Positions 1-8,556 of a stretch of 64,000 nucleotides of DNA are shown here, one piece after another. Each line of letters starts with the position of its first letter. The stretch's first letter is position 1. The position numbers and the translations under genes were made by a program. The stretch comes from Dehalococcoidia bacterium. GTDB lineage: Bacteria; Chloroflexota; Dehalococcoidia; WHTO01. A model generated the notes under the pieces. That model was not told where the DNA came from, ran no database searches, and saw only the letters and a list, made by a program, of their open reading frames with translations. The stretch covers positions 150,662-214,661 of the forward strand of contig JBBDXC010000001.1 of assembly GCA_040902555.1 (NCBI GenBank), written 5' to 3'.

Positions 1-2
1 GG

Positions 3-269
3 ATCAGCACCCTCGTCGAGGGCGACACGGTTGAGATCCATCAGATCGACGGCACAGTCCACGTCTATCGGGTCCTCTGGGCGCGCCAGATCTACAAGCC
101 TTCGCTGAGCTGGGAAGACGTAGGTTGCCGGCCGGGCGCGGGCTGCACGTCGCAGAACACGATTACCCTGATCACCTGTGGCGGCGCCTTTGACCGCGGC
201 AGCGGCCACTACATCGACAACACCGTCGTCAGGGCGGAGCTGGTAGAGACGCGGCACGCCATTTCGTGA
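3..269 (+). CDS. Sortase family transpeptidase, C-terminal fragment (5' end lies outside the window).
   Basis: Frame 3 reads ...TQNTITLITCGGAFDRGSGHYIDNTVVRAEL*. The TLITC catalytic-Cys motif with a downstream Arg is typical of sortases. Stop TGA at 267-269. Confidence 0.55.
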   Translation: MSTLVEGDTVEIHQIDGTVHVYRVLWARQIYKPSLSWEDVGCRPGAGCTSQNTITLITCGGAFDRGSGHYIDNTVVRAELVETRHAIS

Positions 270-844
270 GCCGGCGCCTGGTCCTGGTCTCTCTGCTCAC
301 GGGTGTGCTCGGCCTGGCCGCCGGGTTCGCCATTGTCCTGGCCCTTGATGATGAGGACGCGGAGAATGCACCGCAGGCCACCGCGCCAACCGCCACGCCC
401 ACGCCCACGCCCACGCCGACACCTGAGCCCACGCCTGACCCCGGCGAGCGCTTCGTCCGTCGTTTTGCGACGGTGGGCTGCGAGCTCCTCGACTTCGGGA
501 CAAAGCTCAACGCCTGGATTGCGGAGGTACAGGAGAGGGCCGACCGGATCGAGATCCTCGGTGGAATCGGCTTCTGGCGCGAGATCCTCGACGGCGTCCG
601 GCCGCGGATAGCGGAACTGCCGGCCGCGGAACGAAACCTGGGCAAAATCGCTGAAGACTACATCGTGGCAGTCGACGCCTACCTGGCCAAGCTGGGCGAG
701 TACTGGTTCACCGGGCGCCAGGAGTTCAACGAGCAGGCCGCCGGTCAGCTGGCCTTCGCCGAGGCGCAACGTCTGTTGCTGGAAGCGGAAGCCACCTCAT
801 CTGCCGGGGGCTCGTTCAGTCTGGAATGTCCTCGCTCTCCCTAG
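266..844 (+). CDS. Membrane-anchored hypothetical protein: N-terminal TM helix, (TP)n linker, about 110-aa alpha-helical domain.
   Basis: GTG start overlaps the sortase TGA (GTGA), suggesting translational coupling. Hydrophobic N-terminus LVLVSLLTGVLGLAAGFAIVLAL followed by TPTPTPTPTPEPTP. The antisense ORF 209..769 looks non-protein-like. Confidence 0.5.
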   Translation: MSRRLVLVSLLTGVLGLAAGFAIVLALDDEDAENAPQATAPTATPTPTPTPTPEPTPDPGERFVRRFATVGCELLDFGTKLNAWIAEVQERADRIEILGGIGFWREILDGVRPRIAELPAAERNLGKIAEDYIVAVDAYLAKLGEYWFTGRQEFNEQAAGQLAFAEAQRLLLEAEATSSAGGSFSLECPRSP

Positions 845-1565
845 AGCGGGCCCAGATGTAGAGTCCCGCGCCGCCGGCCAGCATCGTCAGGCTGCCCAGG
901 ATCAGGGGCAGCACCCAGCCGTCGCCGCCGCCGTCGCCGTCGCCCGCCACCACCGCCGTTGGCGTTGACGAAGGAGTCGCGGTCGGTGTCAGCGTGGGGG
1001 TGGCTGTAGGAGTCGGCGTCGCGGTTGGCGTGGCCGTCGGCGTGCTGGTGGCGGTATGGATCGGCGGCGCCTGGGTCGCGGTCGGCGTGGGGGTTGGCTC
1101 GGCTTCACGGACGGTGTTGGTCTGGCGGGCGCGGTTGTCCTCGGACTCCTGGTCGCGTTCGCCGGCGTCCAGTTCGACGCGAATCCCGTGCTCGCCGCGT
1201 TCCAGGGCCGTCACGCCGATGCGGATGACGATTTCCTCGCGGGGTTCGACCGCCTGGAAGCCGCAGATGACCTCACCGCCGCGGGGCTCGAACCCGCAGC
1301 GGCCGTCTTCCCCGTCCTCCTCGGTCTCAGCGCTCTCGATCCGGTAACTATTGTTGAACCCGCTGACCGTGGCGATGACGTCGCTGGCCCCGTTGCCGCG
1401 ATTGCCAAAACGGATCACGAAGGCGACTTCCTCACCGACCCGGACCGGGTCGGGCCTGTCCCAGGTGGTGTCGTTGATCACGAAGTCCGGGCGCCCCTCC
1501 TCGCCGCCGGGGGCGGCCGTGGCGAAAACGAGAAAAGCAAAAACCAGCAGCGAAATGCGTTTCAT
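816..1565 (-). CDS. Secreted CARDB-domain surface protein with Thr/Pro-rich stalk and a C-terminal Gly-rich/TM/basic-tail anchor.
   Basis: Signal peptide MKRISLLVFAFLVFATAA; start probably at the internal Met near 1565, while the ORF's first Met is at 1589. CARDB-like stretch FVIRFGNRGNGASD...ESEDNRARQTN. Stalk TPTATPTATPTPTATP. C-terminus GDGDGGGDGWVLPLILGSLTMLAGGAGLYIWARSRESEDIPD. Confidence 0.55.
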   Translation of the reverse strand: MKRISLLVFAFLVFATAAPGGEEGRPDFVINDTTWDRPDPVRVGEEVAFVIRFGNRGNGASDVIATVSGFNNSYRIESAETEEDGEDGRCGFEPRGGEVICGFQAVEPREEIVIRIGVTALERGEHGIRVELDAGERDQESEDNRARQTNTVREAEPTPTPTATQAPPIHTATSTPTATPTATPTPTATPTLTPTATPSSTPTAVVAGDGDGGGDGWVLPLILGSLTMLAGGAGLYIWARSRESEDIPD

Positions 1566-1632
1566 GGCCTGGGCGCGGGCTAGGCCCATCGCACTTCTAT
1601 CATCAGTGCTAAATCAAGTTGGAGGTGAAGGT

Positions 1633-2133
1633 GTGATTGACAGGATGATCAGGGCAGCGCGCCTCGACCCGCAGGCTTACGAAGAGGTCGAGGCGGACGA
1701 AGACGCCACGGCCCAGGCAGCGATCATCGTAGTGCTCGCGGCCATCGCATCGGGCATTGGCGCGATTGATGGCGGCATCGGCGGCGTAATCGGCCTCATC
1801 ATCGCCGGCCTGCTGGGTTGGGTGGTCTACGCGGCGCTGGTCTACTTCGTCGGCACGCGCCTGTTTGCGACGGCGGAGACCTCGTCGAACGTGGGCGAGC
1901 TGCTGCGGACGCTGGGTTTTGCGCAGACACCGAGGCTCTTGCTCTTCACGGGCTTCATCCCCGTCATCGGCCTGATCATTGCCATCATCGTCTTCGTCTG
2001 GATCCTGTTCACGACGATGGTCGCCATACGTCAGGCCCTGGACTTCAGCACGGGACGCGCCATCGGCACGGCGCTGGTCGCCGTTCTCGCCCTGGCAATC
2101 GTGCAGATCGTCCTGTATCTGATCTTGGGCTAG
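1633..2133 (+). CDS. Yip1 family membrane protein.
   Basis: GGAGGTGAAG Shine-Dalgarno at 1621-1630, GTG start at 1633. Polytopic hydrophobic protein with a Yip1-like layout (acidic N-terminus, 4-5 TM helices). The upstream part of ORF 1351..2133 overlaps the convergent CARDB gene and is rejected. Confidence 0.65.
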   Translation: MIDRMIRAARLDPQAYEEVEADEDATAQAAIIVVLAAIASGIGAIDGGIGGVIGLIIAGLLGWVVYAALVYFVGTRLFATAETSSNVGELLRTLGFAQTPRLLLFTGFIPVIGLIIAIIVFVWILFTTMVAIRQALDFSTGRAIGTALVAVLALAIVQIVLYLILG

Positions 2134-2201
2134 ACCCGGGGCATAAAAGAGAGAGGAAGCCTCGTAGCTCCCTCTCGTTTGATGTCAGCCTTGTGCTGGG
2201 C
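2134..2201. terminator. Candidate bidirectional hairpin between convergent genes.
   Basis: gagagg(2151-2156)...cctctc(2171-2176) stem followed by gttt. Lies between Yip1 (+) and the small acidic gene (-). Confidence 0.3.
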
Positions 2202-2540
2202 TTAGTAGGCCATCGGCGTCGAGTTGCGCTCGTGCTCAGCTTCGGCGGCAGCCTCGGCCTTCGCCTGCTGCTTGTTCATGTCCTCGAGGACCTCGTCAAC
2301 CTGTTCGATCGCGTCTTCCTCGAAGCGGTACCAGTCAATGGCCTTGTCGTCGGTAGCGAAGCCCTTCTCGACCGCCACTTCGCGGGAGCCGAGCAGGCCC
2401 ATGTTGGGATCCTCGTGAAGGAACTCCCAGTTGCCCTCGCGGCCTTCGAGCTCATTGCCCTCGGCGACGCGGATCAGGCGGCAGGTTTCCCTGTCGATGT
2501 AGACGCCTGGGCGAGTCGTTGTGCTTTGCATGTGGTCCAC
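2202..2540 (-). CDS. Small acidic hypothetical protein (112 aa).
   Basis: Strong SD (aacGGAGGTGGaccacATG) immediately upstream of the ATG at 2540. Protein-like composition. No family recognised. Confidence 0.55.
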   Translation of the reverse strand: MDHMQSTTTRPGVYIDRETCRLIRVAEGNELEGREGNWEFLHEDPNMGLLGSREVAVEKGFATDDKAIDWYRFEEDAIEQVDEVLEDMNKQQAKAEAAAEAEHERNSTPMAY

Positions 2541-2618
2541 CTCCGTTGGTTCACTGCAAGTGTGCTCCGCGGGTGATAACAGGGCAGGAGAGGACGGGCG
2601 GTGAACGTTGCAGAGCCG

Positions 2619-3932
2619 TTAAGCGACGGCGGGTGCGCCGAGTGAGGACTGAGCCTTGAGGACGTAGGTCGTCATCGTGTCGGTCAGGTCGAGTGCCACG
2701 CCCATGCGGGCTCCCAGCCCTGAGATCAGCCCCATTACGCGGCCAATGAGCAGGAACTCCGTCGGGATGTCGACCAGCGGGTTCTCGCGCAGTACTGCCA
2801 TCATCCTCACGTTCATCTGACGCGTCAGCTCGCGGCGCGGCGTGCTGGTGTCGCTCATACTGCGGGCGAACATATCGCCGACGGCTTCGAGGGCATCGAC
2901 GCTGTCGATTCTGGTGCGGAAGCCCATGCCGCGCAGCGCGCGGCCGATCAGCTTGCGGTCGCGAATGACCATGGCCCAGGTGAGCTCGACGTAGGCGCGA
3001 CGAAATTGCTCGTCGAGGTCCTTGCAGAGTCCGAAGTCGAGAAGGACGATGCGCGGGCCGGGCTGGACCAGGATGTTGCCGGGGTGGGGGTCTGCGTGGA
3101 AGAAGCCATCGACCAGGACCTGCTGCATATAGGCCGTCACGATTTGCCGCATTACCTGCTCGGGCTCAGCGCCGATAGATTCAATGCCGCGCCGGTCCGT
3201 CGCCTTGACGCCCTCGATGTACTCCATGACCAGGAGGCGCCGCGAGCTGTGCTCCCAGACGATGGCCGGCACGACGATCCCGGGGTCGTCGGCGAAGTTT
3301 CGCGCGATGCGCTCGGCGTTGCGGCCCTCGTTGACGAAGTCGAGCTCCTGGGAGGCGGCGAACTGCAACTCGTCGACGAAGGAGCCCAGGTCGAACTCCT
3401 TGAGCCAGAGGCGCTCAGCCGCTTTGGCGATCAGGCGGATGTTCCGCAGGTCGACCTTGACGATCTCCTCGATGTCCGGGTACTGGGCCTTGACCGCCAC
3501 CTGGCGGCCATCGCGGAGGCGCGCCCGGTGCACCTGGGCCAGCGAGGCAGAGGCGATGGGGATCGGGTCGAACTCCGGGAAGACCTCCTCGAGGGGGCGG
3601 CCCAGCTCGGCATCGATGACGGTGCGGATCTCAGCGAAGGGGCGCGGCGGGACGTCGTCGTGCAGCTTGCTGAGGACCTCGACGTATTCGTCGGGGAAGA
3701 GGTCTGCGCGGGCGCCCATGACCTGGCCAGCTTTGATCATCAGGCCTTTGGTACTGGTCGCCAGCTCGAGGAAGCGGCGGGCGCTACCCCTGTGCTGGCC
3801 GGCCAGGCGCCGCTCCTTGACCTCCTCGGGGACGCTGCGGCTGCGCAGGTTGGTCGCGCGATATCCTGCGTAGATTGCGCCGGCTGCGTAGAGGACGCGC
3901 GCCGAGCGCACGGCGCGCTGGACAGGGTTCAA
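2619..3932 (-). CDS. ABC1/UbiB-family atypical protein kinase.
   Basis: ABC1 kinase core motifs: GQVHRA, DFVNEG, HADPHPGNILV, LLDFGL. Proposed TTG start at 3932 overlaps the upstream aminotransferase TGA (TTGA). The longer ORF to 4178 overlaps that gene and is rejected. Confidence 0.75.
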   Translation of the reverse strand: MNPVQRAVRSARVLYAAGAIYAGYRATNLRSRSVPEEVKERRLAGQHRGSARRFLELATSTKGLMIKAGQVMGARADLFPDEYVEVLSKLHDDVPPRPFAEIRTVIDAELGRPLEEVFPEFDPIPIASASLAQVHRARLRDGRQVAVKAQYPDIEEIVKVDLRNIRLIAKAAERLWLKEFDLGSFVDELQFAASQELDFVNEGRNAERIARNFADDPGIVVPAIVWEHSSRRLLVMEYIEGVKATDRRGIESIGAEPEQVMRQIVTAYMQQVLVDGFFHADPHPGNILVQPGPRIVLLDFGLCKDLDEQFRRAYVELTWAMVIRDRKLIGRALRGMGFRTRIDSVDALEAVGDMFARSMSDTSTPRRELTRQMNVRMMAVLRENPLVDIPTEFLLIGRVMGLISGLGARMGVALDLTDTMTTYVLKAQSSLGAPAVA

Positions 3933-5161
3933 GCCGCTGAGGCCTCGTAGGTCTTCTGCAGGGCGACGCCCAGCCGGCGGATAGCCTCGGGGATGTCGTC
4001 GAGGGCGATGTACGAGTAGGCGAGGCGCACGAAGTTGTCGCGGTCCTCGTCGGAGAAGAAGCTGTCGCCGGGGACGACCACTGAGCCTTCGCGATAGGCA
4101 GCGCTGCTCACCTCCTGGGAGGTGTGGCCGGGTTTGAGCTCCAGCCAGATGAAGAACCCGCCTTCGGGCCGCGACCAACTGCAGTAGTCGGCGCAGTGCT
4201 CTTCAAGTCCGGCGAGCATGGCGTCGCGCTTGCTGCGGTAGAGGTCGATCATCTCCTGGCGGTGGCGCTCCATCGTGCCGTCGCGCATCAGCTCGACGAC
4301 CATCCTGGCCAAGAAGGGCGAGGTGCCCATGTCGAAGCGCAGGTTGATGAGGGCCTTTACGACTTCGGGGTCTGCCTGCGAGTAGCCGAGGCGGAGGCCT
4401 GTGGCGATGATCTTCGAGAAGGTGCCGATCCTGATCACGCCCTCGCCGCCGGCGAGCGTGTAGAGCGATGGGAGATCCTCGCCATCGAAGCGCAGGCCAT
4501 CATAGGCGGCGTCCTCGACGATGATGGCGCCGTACTCGCGGGCTATCTCAACCAGCTCGCGCCGGCGGTCGAGCGTCATCGTCACGCCGGCGGGGTTGTG
4601 AAAGTTGGGGATGGTGTAGATCAGCTTGAGCGGGGCGCCACTGGCGCGGACGGCCTCAGCCGTCTCGCGCAGGGCTTCCGTGACCATGCCCTTTTCGTCG
4701 AGGGCGACGCCATGGATGATGGCGCCCGGTCCGCGGAAGGACCTGATCGAGCCGGAGAAGCTGGGGTTCTCGACGATCACAGCGTCGCCGCTATCGAGGA
4801 AGGCGCGGCAGACGTTGTCGAGGGCCTGCGCCGACCCGTTGGTGAGCATGAAGTGTTCGCGGGTCAGCTCGATGCCCTCGGTGCTGCCGATCCAGGCGGC
4901 GAGCTCCTGGCGCAGCGGTGGAGGGCCCTGGGGCCCGCCGTACTGGAGGGCGAGCTTGGCCTCCTCCTCCTGGCTCATGACGGCGCTGGTGGCTTCGGCG
5001 ATGGCGGCGAAGGGCAGGGCGGCAGGGTCGGGGACGCCGCCGGCGAGGATCAACAGCGGGACCGACGGCGGCGCGGCGCTGGCCGGCAGCCAGGACCGCA
5101 CGCCCTGGGCCTGTTTGGAGAGCAAGCGCTCGTGGAAAGGGGGAGATTGGACTTCGGTCAA
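3929..5161 (-). CDS. PLP-dependent aminotransferase, class I/II (fold type I).
   Basis: Length and motifs fit AAT-family aminotransferases (…GTFSKIIATGLRLGY… with the Schiff-base Lys region). First gene of a two-gene operon with the UbiB-like kinase. Confidence 0.8.
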   Translation of the reverse strand: MTEVQSPPFHERLLSKQAQGVRSWLPASAAPPSVPLLILAGGVPDPAALPFAAIAEATSAVMSQEEEAKLALQYGGPQGPPPLRQELAAWIGSTEGIELTREHFMLTNGSAQALDNVCRAFLDSGDAVIVENPSFSGSIRSFRGPGAIIHGVALDEKGMVTEALRETAEAVRASGAPLKLIYTIPNFHNPAGVTMTLDRRRELVEIAREYGAIIVEDAAYDGLRFDGEDLPSLYTLAGGEGVIRIGTFSKIIATGLRLGYSQADPEVVKALINLRFDMGTSPFLARMVVELMRDGTMERHRQEMIDLYRSKRDAMLAGLEEHCADYCSWSRPEGGFFIWLELKPGHTSQEVSSAAYREGSVVVPGDSFFSDEDRDNFVRLAYSYIALDDIPEAIRRLGVALQKTYEASAA

Positions 5162-5362
5162 GGTGGCTTCCCTTCAAGGCTAGTGAGTGCATTCCAATCA
5201 TTACAGACCTTGTTCAGCGGAGGACGTTTACCCCACCCCCGGCCCCTCCCTCTCCATTGGCGAGTCTTCGACCGTAAACAGGGAGGGGAGAAGGGGAGAC
5301 GACCTCACCCCCGCTGTCTCCCCCGCCCAGGCGGGCAGGCAGGCGACTCTTCGAGCGGCTGG

Positions 5363-5385
5363 CCCTCTCCTTGCCAAGGAGAGGG
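5363..5385. repeat. 23-bp palindromic (REP-like) element, copy A: ccctctccttgCcaaggagaggg.
   Basis: Perfect inverted repeat read directly. An identical copy lies at 5509..5531. Confidence 0.8.
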
Positions 5386-5406
5386 GAGAGACGGGGGGCT
5401 GGGGGA

Positions 5407-5487
5407 TTGAACCATTTGAACCTATTGAACCATTTGAACCTATTGAACCATTTGAACCTATTGAACCCTTTGAACCGTTTGAACCGC
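5407..5487. repeat. Tandem array of nine 9-bp units TTGAACCNT (18-bp super-period ttgaaccat/ttgaaccta x3, then ttgaaccct, ttgaaccgt, ttgaaccgc).
   Basis: Counted unit by unit: 5407-5415, 5416-5424, ... 5479-5487. Non-coding; ORF 5187..5645 (EPFEPIEPFEP...) is just its translation. Confidence 0.9.
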
Positions 5488-5508
5488 TGACCCTGGGACC
5501 TCACCCTG

Positions 5509-5531
5509 CCCTCTCCTTGCCAAGGAGAGGG
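5509..5531. repeat. 23-bp palindromic (REP-like) element, copy B, identical to 5363..5385.
   Basis: ccctctccttgccaaggagaggg, preceded by cctcaccctg. Together with copy A it brackets the 9-mer array. Confidence 0.8.
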
Positions 5532-5607
5532 TTTCCCACGCCAGGCGCGCAGGCGGGCGGGAGAGGGGAAAGAAAGGGCACGGGCAGGGATTCCGTCATC
5601 GTTAGTT

Positions 5608-5730
5608 GGCCTTATTTCGCGTTATTTGGCGTTATTTGGGCTTAGTGGGCGCGGGGCCGGGGGCTTAATCGGGCTTATTTGGCGTTAGCGGGGCTTATCG
5701 GGGGCTATTCGGCGTTAGATTGCGTTAGCT
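5608..5730. repeat. Degenerate tandem array built on GCGTTA(TTTGG)/GGCTTAT(TTGG/CGGG) units.
   Basis: gcgttatttgg, cgttatttggg, gcttaatcggg, gcttatttggcgttagcgggg, cttatcggggg, ctattcggcgttagattgcgttagctggg. About 10 imperfect units. Confidence 0.6.
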
Positions 5731-5868
5731 GGGAAAACTTTTTGTTTTTCGGTCGAGGGCTCCTCCTTGTCGCGAAGCCGGGGGTTTTGATCGGGGTTGT
5801 TCGCGAGGTCCGGCTCCGGTTGTTTGATCGATGCTTGGGTCATTTCAGATTCGGCAGGTGGTTGTTGG

Positions 5869-5895
5869 GTTGTTTGAGTTGTTTGAGTTGTTTGA
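5869..5895. repeat. 3 x GTTGTTTGA perfect tandem repeat, plus a degenerate unit upstream (gttgttggg).
   Basis: Units at 5869-5877, 5878-5886 and 5887-5895. Confidence 0.8.
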
Positions 5896-6075
5896 TCTGT
5901 TGCAAGCAGAGAGGTCTCCAGAGGCGACTCTGCGAGGGGAATGGCGGGGAGAGAGGCGGCGGACGCTGTTGGCCTTCGACCAGGGGTGTGGTTCTGCCGC
6001 GGGAGGGATAGCTGGGTTGGGACGAAGCGTCACACGGAGATTGTTAGGGGCCGAGGCGTCAGATCCTGTCGTTGG

Positions 6076-7011
6076 CTACAGAACGTCGCGCACGCGGAGG
6101 TAGATGTCTCCGGTCTGCGCAGCATGGCGGCGCTTTCTCAAGAGGAGATCGTCAAGCTTGATCCTGCCTTCAAGTACAGCGATCAGATCTTCGCCATCCA
6201 TGAGCATCACCAACCGACGACCAGATGAAAAGGCGGTCACGGAATCAGGCGAGAAGCCATTTATTGAAACAAACAGGCCCAGAGTGTTATCAAGGCGGCG
6301 CTCCACCTTGCCCTTAAGCGCATCCAGAGCCTCACGGTCAGTCGGCTCATTCCTCCAGCGAGCTTCGATCAGATAGTCGGTGCCCTCGAAGCCGAACATG
6401 CCGTCAATTTGTTCGCCTGTAACCCTGAATGATTTCTTGGGGTCCAGGTCGAACAGGTCGAAAAGGTCGTGGAGAAGCTTTTCGAGCGCGTAGCCTCGCG
6501 GGACAGGCCTTGTCTTGAAGAGGTCGGAGTAAAGCGTTTTGAGTTGGGTAAGTTGAGATGTGAACTCAGCAATTCGGGTCCGCTGGGCCTCCGCGGACAA
6601 CCGGCGGCGCTCTATCTCGTCAGCTTCGCGGACCAAGTCTTGGTGGCGGGCCGCAAACGGGCGGAGGGCCTCCACGGCTTCACGAGCCGCCTTTTCCCGA
6701 ACCGCACTGTCCTCAAGCCGCGCGAGATGCGGAAAGGATGTGATCTCAGCCACCTGAGCGATGAGCCAAAGGATGTCGTCCTGGTATTTCTGGGGCGCGG
6801 ACGCAAGGAAGTCGACAACAAAGGAAGCTGTGTCCCTTTTTGCTCCTTCCCAGTTCGTCGTAGCGAGTACCGCGTGGCCGGGAAGCGCGTCATGTAGGAA
6901 GATCCTGAGATCCCGCTTGTACCAGAACACAACGGCGAGGGCGTGCTTTAACGCGGTGAGGGCGGCCGCCGAGACCCGGCGTTCATGTAGAGACGCGCTC
7001 ATTGAGCACAT
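6076..7011 (-). CDS. Restriction-endonuclease-like (Mrr-type PD-(D/E)xK) domain protein with uncharacterised N-terminal domain and central coiled coil. Last gene of the type I R-M operon.
   Basis: C-terminal half: ...LEKLLHDLFDLFDL...VTGEQIDGMFGFEGTDYLIEARW..., a D...E-x-(K/R) nuclease core with Mrr_cat-like layout. Central heptad-like Arg/Glu-rich segment (DLVREADEIERRRLSAEAQRTRIAEFTSQLTQLKTL). Co-oriented 33 nt downstream of hsdM. AT-richer than the surroundings. Confidence 0.5.
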   Translation of the reverse strand: MCSMSASLHERRVSAAALTALKHALAVVFWYKRDLRIFLHDALPGHAVLATTNWEGAKRDTASFVVDFLASAPQKYQDDILWLIAQVAEITSFPHLARLEDSAVREKAAREAVEALRPFAARHQDLVREADEIERRRLSAEAQRTRIAEFTSQLTQLKTLYSDLFKTRPVPRGYALEKLLHDLFDLFDLDPKKSFRVTGEQIDGMFGFEGTDYLIEARWRNEPTDREALDALKGKVERRLDNTLGLFVSINGFSPDSVTAFSSGRRLVMLMDGEDLIAVLEGRIKLDDLLLRKRRHAAQTGDIYLRVRDVL

Positions 7012-7044
7012 CTTAGAAGTTTGGCCGGATCTAGGATGTCCGTT

Positions 7045-8556
7045 CTAAAGCAATGCCCTTAGGGACTTGATTGCTTCGTCGACTTCGCGGCCTTTTTGCT
7101 CGATGATGTCCAGCAGCTCTTCGGGGGTGCGTGTGTCCTCGTCGGACTTGCGGTTGGGGTTTACCGCTTTGAGGTCGTAGTTTCGGGCCTCAAGCTCTTC
7201 GCGGGTCACTGTCCAGCTGCGCTCGCTGTCGGCTCGCTCCGGCAAGAGTCGGAAGAAATCCTCAAAGCGTTCGAGCGTCAGCGGCGTTTTCTTGCCGACC
7301 TTGATGTTGGAGAGGTCGTAGTACCAGACCTTCTCGGTTGGGCCGCCGCGGGTGAAGAAGAGGAGATTCGTTTTGACGCCGGCGCCGGCGTTGACGAAGG
7401 CGCCTCCCGGCAGGCTGACGATGCACCAGAGGTCGGTGTCGTTAAGCAGCTTGCGCTTGGTCTGGACGAAGGCGGTCTCGTTGTTGCGGAAGAGGACGCC
7501 CTCATCGACGACGATGCCGGCGCGGCCACCGGGCTTGAGGCTGTCGATGACGTGCTGCAGGAAGAGGACCTGGGTGGAGCCAGTCTTGTAGGGGAAGCGG
7601 GTCTGCGCCTCTTTGCCTTCCTTGCCGCCAAACGGAGGATTCATCAACACCACGTCGTAGAGGTCCGGTGAGCCGTGAAAGAGGCCGCCGTAGGTCTCGG
7701 CGCCGGTCAGGGTGTTGCCGTGCCAGATGTGCGGCTCATCGATGTTATGGAGGACCAGGTTGGCCAGGGCGATGGGATAGATCTGGTTGTCTTTCTCGCG
7801 GCCGAAGAAGGTCTCGTGCTTCAGGACGTCAAGCTGATCGCCCGACTCGATGTTGGCGTTGCCCGGACCGGCCATGTGCTGAAACGACTGGGCCAGGAAA
7901 CCGCCGGTGCCGCAGCCCGGGTCGTAGACCGACTCGCCAATCTTGGGGTCGACGACGCTGACCATGGCGCGGATGATCTCGCGCGGGGTGAAGAACTGGC
8001 CGCCGTCGTTGCCGCGCTCGCCCATTTTGAGCAGAAGTCCTTCGTAGACCTGGGACAGCGGGAAGACGTGGGTCGGGTCGATGGTCTCGTCGGTGATCTG
8101 GTCGACCTTGTCGAGAATGTCGAGGAAGTTGCGCTCGCTGTCGACGCGAGTGCGCTCGACGCCGGACATGATCTGGCTGATGACGCGCTGTCGGGCCGTG
8201 GCGTGTGAGCTGTGGTTGAGGCCGCGCAGGTGAGGCAGCAGGTCGCCGTTGATGAAGGCGAAGAGATCCCCCAACGTCCCGCTCTCGAGCTCTACCCGCT
8301 TTCCGCCATTGGGTGCTCCCCAGTCCTGCCAGCGGTAGGGTGCCTCAAGGGAAGGCGAGAAGGCTGCGGCTACCGCTTCCGCTTCTTCGGCGTCCTTCGT
8401 TTCTCGCTCGTCGAGGATGCGTAGGAAGAGCATCCACGTCAGCTCGGGGACGTACTGGAGGGCCCCGGCGCAGTTAGAGCGGCGCATGATGTCGCAGATG
8501 CCCTTTACGAGGCCATCGACCGACTGACGAGATTGACGGACGCTATTGACCACCAC
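7045..8556 (-). CDS. hsdM: Type I restriction-modification system, N6-adenine DNA methyltransferase subunit HsdM.
   Basis: NPPFG catalytic motif (VVLMNPPFGGKEG), SAM-binding region, HsdM-like N-terminal domain. GTG start at 8556. Confidence 0.9.
   Translation of the reverse strand: MVVNSVRQSRQSVDGLVKGICDIMRRSNCAGALQYVPELTWMLFLRILDERETKDAEEAEAVAAAFSPSLEAPYRWQDWGAPNGGKRVELESGTLGDLFAFINGDLLPHLRGLNHSSHATARQRVISQIMSGVERTRVDSERNFLDILDKVDQITDETIDPTHVFPLSQVYEGLLLKMGERGNDGGQFFTPREIIRAMVSVVDPKIGESVYDPGCGTGGFLAQSFQHMAGPGNANIESGDQLDVLKHETFFGREKDNQIYPIALANLVLHNIDEPHIWHGNTLTGAETYGGLFHGSPDLYDVVLMNPPFGGKEGKEAQTRFPYKTGSTQVLFLQHVIDSLKPGGRAGIVVDEGVLFRNNETAFVQTKRKLLNDTDLWCIVSLPGGAFVNAGAGVKTNLLFFTRGGPTEKVWYYDLSNIKVGKKTPLTLERFEDFFRLLPERADSERSWTVTREELEARNYDLKAVNPNRKSDEDTRTPEELLDIIEQKGREVDEAIKSLRALL

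Noticed and set aside
209-769. 186-aa minus-strand ORF overlapping 266..844.
   Set aside because: Composition (runs of RGRGRG) is not protein-like. The plus-strand ORF has a TM helix, linker and helical domain, and a coupled start.
3006-3950. 314-aa plus-strand ORF.
   Set aside because: Antisense to the UbiB-like kinase, which carries clear kinase motifs on the other strand.
4124-5410. 428-aa plus-strand ORF.
   Set aside because: Antisense to the aminotransferase gene. Gly/Ala/Arg-rich, typical of high-GC shadow ORFs.
5187-5645. 152-aa ORF with an EPFEPIEPFEP… repeat.
   Set aside because: It is just the translation of the 9-bp TTGAACCNT tandem array and flanking palindromes. No start context, and low-complexity throughout.
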